In this document: in pieces, positions 20,682 through 28,756 of the stretch
How the letters are laid out: every line of letters starts with the position of its first letter
How positions within the stretch are numbered: the first letter of the stretch is position 1
Source of the DNA: Candidatus Fermentibacterota bacterium
GTDB taxonomy: Bacteria; Fermentibacterota; Fermentibacteria; Fermentibacterales; JCC-6
Length of the DNA stretch: 64,000 nucleotides
Direction: 5' to 3'
Assembly (NCBI GenBank): GCA_963845085.1
Contig: CAWJQI010000004.1
Coordinates: 192,001 to 256,000, forward strand
Position numbers and translations under genes: made by a program
The notes under the pieces: model-generated
What the model was told of the DNA's origin: nothing
The model's database searches: none
The model's input: only the letters and a program-made list of their open reading frames with translations

Positions 20682-22166
20682 ATGGAAGGCATTCATCTGC
20701 ACGGACTTCTGCCCGAAATCCAGGCACGGGTCACCGGCCTTGTCTGCAGGGGTGTCTTCATGGAGCATGAGCGGGTGCTGTCGCTTGACCTTGGCGGCTT
20801 CATGCTCGTTCTCGACGGCCGTCCCGAGGCACCGGGGCTTTTTGTTTCCGGCAGCCGCCTTTGCGTTCCGTCCCGCAACCCTTCCTGGGAGCACCATCTC
20901 AAGGGCGCCACGCTGGTCGGCATCCACCAGGCGGGGCTGGACAGGGTTGTCATAATCGAATTCGAAAGGCATTCCGTGTACGACGGCGGTCCATGCCTGA
21001 TCCACTTCGAACTGACCGGCAGGAACGCGAACATCATTCTCTCGCGCAAACCGGACGGAAGGATCATCGCCTGCCTGAGACGCGTTGGCTCGCGGCAGAA
21101 TCGCTACAGAACGATATCACCCGGAATGGTCTATGTGCCGCCGCCCCCCTCCGGACTTCCCCCTGAACAGTGGCACGAGGCTAAAATCCCGCCGGACCCG
21201 GGGCCGGCCGACCTCTGCAGGGAGCTCGAGGGCATGGGTCCTCGCGCAGCGCGGACCATCCTCGCAAGGGCATCGGAGGTCGGCATTGATGTTGCCTCGC
21301 TTCTCAGTGATCTCGCCGCCGAACTCTCAAGCGGTGCGTTCCCGGACTGGCTCAGGGAACAACAGGAGCCCCGACGGGAAGTCGAGGCCCGGATCCCCGG
21401 CGCCGCGGAGCTCGAAGCAAGGCTTTCACGGGAGCGGAGGGAGCTCCTTAAGAAGCTCTCCGCATCCGAGGCCGCGCTGGGATCGGTTGAACAGCCCCAC
21501 ACCTTCCGGCTCTGGGGCAACCTGATACTGACCGGCAAAACAGGGCTTGCCCGCGGCATGGAAAAAGCCGAGCTCATCGACTACGAGGGAAACAGGCTTG
21601 TCATACCCTTGAAGAAAGCGCTCAACCCGGCTGAGAACGCCGCCCGGTACTTCAGAAAGGCTTCAGGGGTCCACACGGAGAGGGAGCGAATCGAAGGCAG
21701 GATCGTCGAGATCAATAAAAGGCTCGACGAGATCGGGAAACTGCTTAACAGCATCCCGGAACTGGCGCCGGAAAGGATAGGCGAGCTCCTGCGACGGCCC
21801 GGAAAGTCCGCCGCGCCAAGAAGGCCAAGGGAGTACATCCTCGACGGGGGCTGGCGCTGCCTTGCAGGAAGGAACGCCAGGGAGAATGAGGAGCTTACTT
21901 TCAGGACCGCGGCGAGGGAGGACTACTGGCTGCACGCGAGGGGTGCGGCGGGAAGCCACGTGATCCTCAGAAGGGACGGCAGACCCGGCAACCCCCCGGA
22001 GAAGGTCGTTCAGCAGGCGGCAGACATTGCAGCGCGGCACTCGGGGCAGAAGGGCATCATCCCTGTCGACTGCACACTGGTGAAGTACGTGCGAAGGGTG
22101 AAGGGCGCAGCACAGGGCTTCGTTACGTACACAAACGAGAAGACTCTGTTCGCAACGGTCGAATGA
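20682..22166 (+). CDS. rqcH: NFACT/RqcH (FbpA-like) ribosome quality control protein
   Basis: DRVV, ELTGRNANIIL, ENAARYF, GRNARENE, WLHARGAAGSHVIL. Confidence 0.88.
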   Translation: MEGIHLHGLLPEIQARVTGLVCRGVFMEHERVLSLDLGGFMLVLDGRPEAPGLFVSGSRLCVPSRNPSWEHHLKGATLVGIHQAGLDRVVIIEFERHSVYDGGPCLIHFELTGRNANIILSRKPDGRIIACLRRVGSRQNRYRTISPGMVYVPPPPSGLPPEQWHEAKIPPDPGPADLCRELEGMGPRAARTILARASEVGIDVASLLSDLAAELSSGAFPDWLREQQEPRREVEARIPGAAELEARLSRERRELLKKLSASEAALGSVEQPHTFRLWGNLILTGKTGLARGMEKAELIDYEGNRLVIPLKKALNPAENAARYFRKASGVHTERERIEGRIVEINKRLDEIGKLLNSIPELAPERIGELLRRPGKSAAPRRPREYILDGGWRCLAGRNARENEELTFRTAAREDYWLHARGAAGSHVILRRDGRPGNPPEKVVQQAADIAARHSGQKGIIPVDCTLVKYVRRVKGAAQGFVTYTNEKTLFATVE

Positions 22167-23019
22167 CGCGTTGTATCCTGTGAACCCCGTGCTTCGGGGC
22201 TTCACCGGCTTCCAGCCTTCGAACGATCTCCCCAACGGTCACGAAGCTGTACCCCGCCTCCCTGAGTATCCCGAATACCTGCGCAAGGAGATCGAGCCCG
22301 GCGTCACGGTTTCTCGAGTACCTCAGCCTGCTGGCGGAAGGCAGCCGGTTGTACAGGGCTGTGGGGACGAAGTCGTGCATGTGTGAATCGATGACGAGTA
22401 TGCCCGGAATTCCGAAACGGCTGAGCAGGAACCGGAATGCGCTCAATCCGAAGAACTTGAGATAACCGACCGAGAACACCAGCCTGACGCCATTGAAACA
22501 CCCGAGGGGAAGCTCCCAGATACCGCCGTCGCCCCTGGCGGGGTACAGCGACTTGTGAATGTTGCAGCACCGCCCGGGTCTGAACGTTGGAAACAATGAC
22601 GAATCGTACCGGTAGCCCAGTCCTGCGAGGGCAGGCAGACACGAGTCGGGCATGTATCCGTAGGGGGACCGGTAACCGGCGGGCGGCCGTCCGAAGAAGC
22701 CGTTGTACGCGTCCCTGACCTTCCGGGCTTCCTGCAACACATCATGACCGGGTGCGGGATGGCCGTAGGAATGGGCCTGGACCTCGGCGCCGATCCCCGC
22801 CATCCTCTCCGCCAGTTTCCCGTGGTTGTCAAGAAGGTCGCCGGTCATGAAAAGTGTTGCGGGAACGCGCCAGTTTTCCAGGACCGTCTGGAACGCCGCC
22901 AGCCTTTCCCCATCCTGAAGGGCGTTGTACACGGGCCCGAACATTCCGCCGTAATCCGGCTCGACGTCGACGCTGAAAGCGGCAAGCCCGCCCGAAGCTA
23001 TGCCCCCGGAATCACGCAC
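22123..23019 (-). CDS. Polysaccharide deacetylase family protein
   Basis: SVDVE, HSYGH, GYRSP, YDSS. Confidence 0.85.
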   Translation of the reverse strand: MRDSGGIASGGLAAFSVDVEPDYGGMFGPVYNALQDGERLAAFQTVLENWRVPATLFMTGDLLDNHGKLAERMAGIGAEVQAHSYGHPAPGHDVLQEARKVRDAYNGFFGRPPAGYRSPYGYMPDSCLPALAGLGYRYDSSLFPTFRPGRCCNIHKSLYPARGDGGIWELPLGCFNGVRLVFSVGYLKFFGLSAFRFLLSRFGIPGILVIDSHMHDFVPTALYNRLPSASRLRYSRNRDAGLDLLAQVFGILREAGYSFVTVGEIVRRLEAGEAPKHGVHRIQRVIRPLRTESSRLCT

Positions 23020-24188
23020 CGCAGCCCCTTTTCCCCGGCAAGCTCTGCGTAGAGCTCGAGATGTTGCCTGATCACGAACCCGATGTCGAATTCCGCCGGC
23101 AGCACTGCCCGGCGGGAAGCCACCGGACCGCCGGCTTCAAGACACTCGAGTACACGCTGCGAAAGTTTAACCAGAGCGCCGGCCTTCTCAATGAACAGGC
23201 CTTCCGTCCCTGGCAGAAGCTCCGATATTCCGCCGGCATCGGAACTCACAACGGGCACCCCGGCGCACAGGGCTTCGAGGACAACCCGGGGCAGTCCCTC
23301 CCATCGTGACGTCAGCAGAAAGGTGTCGAACATCCCGAGGAAAGGCCTGACATCATCAACCAGCCCGGTCAGGTGTATCCTGTCCCCAAGCCCCGTCCGC
23401 TCTATGGCACCCTCGAAATCCCGCCTCAGTTCGCCGTCCCCGACGACAATGACGTGCGCATCCTCCCTCTTCTTCAAAACCATTCCGCACACTTCGAGGA
23501 ATTCGAACGGAGCCTTTTTGGAGGTCAGCCCCATGACGGAACCCACTATGGGAGAACCTTCCGGAATGCCCATTCCGTGTCGCAGCCCGGGAACCGCAAT
23601 GCTGCTGCTCCGTGAGAATCGCGCGGTGTCGATCCCCGTCCTGATGACCCGGTACTGCTCCCTGGTGCCGACCCGGTACTCGAGACCCTCGTCGACAATG
23701 CTTCGGGAAACTGCGGCGATCCTGTCAGTGTGCCTTGCTTCCATCCTCTCGAGCAATGCGTAAAGGGATCGCTTCACGCGCGGCAGATCGTCCTTGAATG
23801 CCCATCCCCTTGCGCTGTGGACCACAATGGGCACGCCGGCCCATCGGGCGGCTAACCGCCCGAGCAGACCGGCCTTGGACATGTGGGTGTGCACCACATC
23901 AGGTTTAATGCGCACAAAAAGCGCCTTCATCTTCAGCAGGGCCACCGCATCCGGAAGGGGTCGGGCATCCCTGTGCATCTCCGGAACATCGGTTGAAGGT
24001 ACACCGGCCTCGCAAAGCATTGTCCGAAGGCGGGAACTCCGGATGGACTCCCGTCCCCCCCTGCCGGAAAAGACGACCCCCGCGTCGACACCCATCCTCC
24101 GCAATCCGCAGGCTATCATCGTGACGGATGTCTGGGCACCGCCCAGGTCGAGGTTTGTAAGGACATGAAGGACCTTCAGGGCACGCAT
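22998..24188 (-). CDS. GT4 glycosyltransferase
   Basis: GGAQ, HTHMSKAG, SRWEGLPRVVLEAL. Confidence 0.9.
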   Translation of the reverse strand: MRALKVLHVLTNLDLGGAQTSVTMIACGLRRMGVDAGVVFSGRGGRESIRSSRLRTMLCEAGVPSTDVPEMHRDARPLPDAVALLKMKALFVRIKPDVVHTHMSKAGLLGRLAARWAGVPIVVHSARGWAFKDDLPRVKRSLYALLERMEARHTDRIAAVSRSIVDEGLEYRVGTREQYRVIRTGIDTARFSRSSSIAVPGLRHGMGIPEGSPIVGSVMGLTSKKAPFEFLEVCGMVLKKREDAHVIVVGDGELRRDFEGAIERTGLGDRIHLTGLVDDVRPFLGMFDTFLLTSRWEGLPRVVLEALCAGVPVVSSDAGGISELLPGTEGLFIEKAGALVKLSQRVLECLEAGGPVASRRAVLPAEFDIGFVIRQHLELYAELAGEKGLRCVIPGA

Positions 24189-24192
24189 CCTT

Positions 24193-25182
24193 TCAGTGCC
24201 TCCGCGATGTTGTGACATCGCACTCCATTCTTCCCAGCGCTATCCCGGAAACAAGGAACGCGGCCGCGACGATGAAGAGAAGTACGGGCCTCGCCCTGAC
24301 GTCCACGACGGTAAGGAGCGCACCCGCCATGCAAAGCAGGGCACCGGCCGATGCGGCGACGTAAAGAACACCCCGTTTGGAGAGGCCGCGCTTCTGTAGA
24401 CGGAGGGCGAAATGATCCGGGCTGCCGCGATACCAGGGAATCCCTTTCCCGGTCCTGACGATGATGAGGAAAACAAGCTCAAAAAGGGGAACCCCCACGC
24501 ACATCATCGATCCGATGATGAGCGGCACACCGGGTCTGCTGCCGAGCGTTCCGAAGACCGGATCGAAGATCAGCACGGCGGCGAGGAACCCCAGAAGGTG
24601 ACTGCCCGCGTCACCCAGAAAGATCGATGCATCAGGCTTGTTGAAGACCAGAAAGCCAAGAACGACGGCAGCGGCCCCGAGCGCAAGGGACCTGTCCGCC
24701 CCGAGCCATGCAAGCCCGATGCATGCAATGATCAGGATGAGCGAAACAAGGCCGTCCGATACGTCGGTGAGGTTGAATGCGTTGAAGAGCACAACGGTTC
24801 CGACTACTGCAAGAACAGCGTTGGGGAGGGCGCTGTCGAACACCTGCGGAACCACGCCGGAGAGCACCGCCGCCAGAGCTGCAGCCAGCTGCAATCCCAG
24901 CTTCAGGGAGGGCGACAAAGGACGCAGGTCATCGATCAACCCGATGAGCATCGCAAGAAAAGCGCCCGTTATTATCCGCAGGGGAACGGCGACACCGGCG
25001 GCTAAAAATGCAAGGACAAGGGCAAGAAAGATTCCCGCGCCTCCGAGGTACGCCACCGGACGGGTGTGCTGGGGAACGATGGGGTTCGGATGGTTCACTA
25101 TTCCGTGCTTCAGCGCGAACCTGCGGACCATGAAGGTGCACGCGGCGCCGAAAAACACTCCAAGCGGAAGCAGCAGTGTCAA
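24193..25182 (-). CDS. WecA/TagO-like polyprenyl-phosphate sugar-1-phosphate transferase (MraY family)
   Basis: YLGG, GLIDD, NAFNLTDVSDGL, IFLGDAGS; multi-TM. Confidence 0.88.
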   Translation of the reverse strand: MTLLLPLGVFFGAACTFMVRRFALKHGIVNHPNPIVPQHTRPVAYLGGAGIFLALVLAFLAAGVAVPLRIITGAFLAMLIGLIDDLRPLSPSLKLGLQLAAALAAVLSGVVPQVFDSALPNAVLAVVGTVVLFNAFNLTDVSDGLVSLILIIACIGLAWLGADRSLALGAAAVVLGFLVFNKPDASIFLGDAGSHLLGFLAAVLIFDPVFGTLGSRPGVPLIIGSMMCVGVPLFELVFLIIVRTGKGIPWYRGSPDHFALRLQKRGLSKRGVLYVAASAGALLCMAGALLTVVDVRARPVLLFIVAAAFLVSGIALGRMECDVTTSRRH

Positions 25183-26585
25183 ATCAGTGACCTGCCGAGC
25201 GCGAGGCCGTCACGGATGACCTGGGCCATTGACGAGTACTCCCAGCGCCCGTAGCGCCCGACGGATTCAACACGGTTCGAACGCAGGTAGTCAAAGACCT
25301 CTTCAAGAATGCCTCCTGTTTCTGGCGTGAAGATGACGTATGCAGGATCTATCACCTTCATTCCACCCTCCAGCACCGTGTGGCCGGCGGAAAGAACACC
25401 GGTTTTGCCCAGATCGTGCAAAGCCCTTTCGCGAACGGATGCAAAGGGGCGGACCGGTCTGTCCGCCCGTTCCGGGATCTCCACGAGCAGGCTCTGCCCG
25501 CCACCCGGGCACATGTGCGGGTCGAACGACTTCATGTTTATCAAACGGGTGAAGCAGAGGTTCTCATCGGGGTAGTACCGCCAGTGTCCCCCGCCCCGGA
25601 ACTCCGGGCCTTTCACAGGAAGCATCAGCGAGTACACCCTGTTCCATGCCAGCCTTCCGGCGGATCGGGCTATCTCCGTCGGACAATTCCCGATCATGGA
25701 AACGAGTTGGGGAAGAGGAAGGGAGGACACCAGCCCTTTCCTGTACCTGACAACGCCACATCCGCCGCGTGCGGTTTTCACCGACACCGCCCTGCCGGCA
25801 AGGTCAACACCGGTCACGGTCGTGTCGCAGCGGATGTTTTGAACGTCTCCTGCGATCCTGCGCGACAGCCTCTCCATTCCCCTGGGAACCTCTTCAGAAG
25901 GGGGCACCGGGTACCAGCCCCTCTGGTTGTACGGCTTGAAACCCTCGCCCGGGGAAAGGGCGCCCCTGACCGCTTCCTCAAACCGAGGTACGGTCGTTGT
26001 CCAGGAAACACCGGGATCCAGGGATTCCAGAGGATGCTGCCACAGTTTCCTGTTGAAGGGGAACATGAACAAGTCGCACAGGGATTGCCCGAAGGTTCGG
26101 AGCAGCGCCTCGTGCAGGTTCTCCGGCCTCCGGGGGGCAGGTTTGTAACAGGCCTCGGCCAGGTCTCTGATGCATGCGACGGCGGCTTCCCTGTCGAGTG
26201 ATCCGAGGTTCATCTGGATTGGATAGCGGGTGATCCCCGCCGATGTTTCGACCCAGGCCTCGGGAGGACAGGAGACGAACTCCCCGTCCAGAAGCGACAT
26301 CAGTTCCGCTTCGGATTCACTGTCCTGAAAGTGCAGCAGGTGAAGCACATGGTCAAACCAGTGGCCTTCGATGCACTCCGATCTTGCAAGTCCGCCGGGC
26401 CTGCTCTCCCTCTCCAGCACGACGCAATTCCCGCCCAGGACCGAGGCTGTTGACAGACCTGCAAGCCCGCCGCCAAGAATTACGTAGTCGAATGTGTCAG
26501 GATCATGCGGCAGACCCGGGCAGGGCCCGCTTCCCTTGCCGCAGTACCCCCGGATTCCCGGCAGGACGGGCCGACCACCGGTCAC
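25179..26585 (-). CDS. FAD-dependent oxidoreductase (UDP-galactopyranose mutase/HemY-like)
   Basis: ILGGGLAGL, PGGLARS, FNRKLW, GRYGRWEY; GTG start overlaps the HIT stop. Confidence 0.75.
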   Translation of the reverse strand: MTGGRPVLPGIRGYCGKGSGPCPGLPHDPDTFDYVILGGGLAGLSTASVLGGNCVVLERESRPGGLARSECIEGHWFDHVLHLLHFQDSESEAELMSLLDGEFVSCPPEAWVETSAGITRYPIQMNLGSLDREAAVACIRDLAEACYKPAPRRPENLHEALLRTFGQSLCDLFMFPFNRKLWQHPLESLDPGVSWTTTVPRFEEAVRGALSPGEGFKPYNQRGWYPVPPSEEVPRGMERLSRRIAGDVQNIRCDTTVTGVDLAGRAVSVKTARGGCGVVRYRKGLVSSLPLPQLVSMIGNCPTEIARSAGRLAWNRVYSLMLPVKGPEFRGGGHWRYYPDENLCFTRLINMKSFDPHMCPGGGQSLLVEIPERADRPVRPFASVRERALHDLGKTGVLSAGHTVLEGGMKVIDPAYVIFTPETGGILEEVFDYLRSNRVESVGRYGRWEYSSMAQVIRDGLALGRSLI

Positions 26586-27019
26586 ACTGTCTCCGCGATC
26601 ACGTCCCTCAGCCTTTCTGCGGCTGCATCGAGCTCCCATCGGGCGGGTCTGACAAAGTGGTAGTGCGGTCCGAACCGAAGTCTGAAACCGTCTCCGGCAA
26701 ACCGGGGAAACACATGCATATGGCAGTGAAGAACCTTCTGCATGGCCAGCTCGCCGTCGGCCAGAAAGAGGTTTATCCCCTCGCACTCGAGCCCGGAGAT
26801 GCGAAGAGCGGCGGCCACGGCACGTGAAACGGTGAACATCCTTTCGCCCACCCCATCGGGCAGGTCGGACAGATATGAATGGTGCAGGCTGGGGACAACG
26901 AGGACATGTCCGGTGTTGATGGGCCTCGTGTCCATGAAGGCACACACGAGGTTGTCTCTGTGGACGAACGAGGCTTCCTCGGTGCCTTCAAGAATGTCGC
27001 AGAAGATGCAGGAGCTCAT
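26582..27019 (-). CDS. HIT family hydrolase
   Basis: CIFC, GHVLVVP, HCHMHV triad. Confidence 0.92.
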   Translation of the reverse strand: MSSCIFCDILEGTEEASFVHRDNLVCAFMDTRPINTGHVLVVPSLHHSYLSDLPDGVGERMFTVSRAVAAALRISGLECEGINLFLADGELAMQKVLHCHMHVFPRFAGDGFRLRFGPHYHFVRPARWELDAAAERLRDVIAETV

Positions 27020-27056
27020 TTTTCCCACCGTCCGTATAAAAAGCGAGACGGAAAAG

Positions 27057-27084
27057 ATAATAAGCCTGCGTGGGTGAAATGCAA
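27057..27084 (-). promoter_or_regulatory. Putative sigma70 promoter of the HIT/glycosylation operon
   Basis: TTGCAT-N16-TATTAT on the minus strand. Confidence 0.4.
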
Positions 27085-27091
27085 CCCCGGC

Positions 27092-27126
27092 CGCCCGACG
27101 GGTTACGGGTCCGGGCGTTTTGTTTT
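27092..27126 (+). terminator. Terminator-like hairpin in the deoB leader
   Basis: CGCCCG-N14-CGGGCG followed by TTTTGTTTT. Confidence 0.4.
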
Positions 27127-27163
27127 ATGAATGGCTTTGCCCGTCCGCCGAAAGGGGCTTGCG

Positions 27164-28324
27164 ATGATTCCAAGGGCTGTGCTTCTGGTGCTTGACGGTG
27201 TCGGCGCGGGGGAACTGCCTGATGCAGCCCTGTACGGCGACGTCGGCAGCGACACGCTCGGCAACACTGCCCGCCGCTGCGGCGGTCTTCACCTTCCCGA
27301 ACTCAAGAGGCTGGGGCTTGGGAACCTGCATGCAGTGCAGGGTGTTGACCCTGTTCCATGCCCGGCCGCCTCGTGGGGAAGGTCCATGATCGCATCTCCC
27401 GGCAAGGACAGCACGACAGGCCACTGGGAAATGATGGGGCTTGTTCTTGATGCCCCGTTCCCGACATTTCCAAAAGGCTTCCCGGGTGAGATGCTGAGGG
27501 AGTTCTCGAAGAGGTGCGGGAGGGGCGTTATCGGCAACGTGGCCGCCAGCGGAACCGAGATCATCGAGCGCCTGGGAACCGAGCACCTCTCATCCGGGAA
27601 ACTGATCGTCTACACGTCCGCAGACAGCGTTTTCCAGATAGCTGCGCACCAGGATGAGGTGCCACTGGATGAGCTGTACGAATGCTGCAGGACCGCAAGG
27701 GAGCTTCTCGCCGGCCCTTCGCTCGGCGTCTCACGCGTCATAGCCCGGCCATTCACCGGCGGCCCTGGAAGGTTCGAGCGCACACCCCACAGAAGGGACT
27801 TTTCCCTCCCGCCGACCGGTGATACACTGCTTGACGACCTTGCCGGCGCGGGCATACCGGTCACGGGCACCGGCAAGGTCGACGACCTCTTCGCCCACAG
27901 GGGCATTGAAACGGTTCATGTCGAGTCGAACGCCGCGGGGATAGGAACGCTGCTTTCCCAGATCGAAACTCATCGCGAGGGGCTGATTTTCGCAAACCTC
28001 GTGGATTTCGACACGAAATACGGGCACCGGAACGACCCGGAGGGGTTCGGGAAGGGCCTCGAGGAAGTTGACGCAGCCATGCCCGAACTGCTTTCCGGAT
28101 TACGGCAGGGCGACCTAATGATCATCACGGCCGACCACGGCAACGACCCCACGACCCCGAGCACCGATCACTCCCGCGAATTCGTGCCTCTTCTCGCGCT
28201 CTCGCCGGGATGCCCGGGGAAGGCGCTGGGAACCCGCAGATCCCTCACCGACGTCGCAAACACGCTTGCCCGGTTCTTCGATCTGCCCCCCGGTTCCCCG
28301 GCCTCGGATTCCTTCACACCGTAA
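27164..28324 (+). CDS. deoB: Phosphopentomutase
   Basis: LDGVGAG, GKDSTTGHWE, YTSADSV, DFDTKYGHR, ADHGNDP, DHSRE. Confidence 0.96.
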   Translation: MIPRAVLLVLDGVGAGELPDAALYGDVGSDTLGNTARRCGGLHLPELKRLGLGNLHAVQGVDPVPCPAASWGRSMIASPGKDSTTGHWEMMGLVLDAPFPTFPKGFPGEMLREFSKRCGRGVIGNVAASGTEIIERLGTEHLSSGKLIVYTSADSVFQIAAHQDEVPLDELYECCRTARELLAGPSLGVSRVIARPFTGGPGRFERTPHRRDFSLPPTGDTLLDDLAGAGIPVTGTGKVDDLFAHRGIETVHVESNAAGIGTLLSQIETHREGLIFANLVDFDTKYGHRNDPEGFGKGLEEVDAAMPELLSGLRQGDLMIITADHGNDPTTPSTDHSREFVPLLALSPGCPGKALGTRRSLTDVANTLARFFDLPPGSPASDSFTP

Positions 28325-28333
28325 AGGACTGGA

Positions 28334-28756
28334 ATGAACAGGAATGAACTTCTCTCAAGGGCCGGGGCATTGATCGACCGTTGCCACTGCCCGTACTCCG
28401 GCTTCCGCGTGGCGGCGGTTCTGGAAGACTGCAGCGGCGGCCTGCACGATGGCGTCAACATCGAGAACGCTTCACTGGGCCTTTCCATCTGCGCTGAAAG
28501 GGTGGCGCTGGCAAGCGCCGTCGCAGCAGGTGTCAGGGAGTTTCGCAGGATGCTCGTGCACTCGCCCGACGGCTCTCCGATGCCCTGCGGTGCCTGCAGG
28601 CAGGTTTTGAGCGAGTTCTGCGGGATGGATTTCGAGGTGCTCATCTCTGACGGAAGCGGGGAGACTGCATGCCATCGGCTCGGGGACCTTCTGCCTCTGG
28701 GCTTCAACCTTCAGTCAGTTCCGCTGCAGAACCCGCCTTACGGCAGCCCTCAATGA
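28334..28756 (+). CDS. cdd: Cytidine deaminase
   Basis: PYSGF, NIENAS, CAER, PCGACRQ. Confidence 0.95.
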   Translation: MNRNELLSRAGALIDRCHCPYSGFRVAAVLEDCSGGLHDGVNIENASLGLSICAERVALASAVAAGVREFRRMLVHSPDGSPMPCGACRQVLSEFCGMDFEVLISDGSGETACHRLGDLLPLGFNLQSVPLQNPPYGSPQ

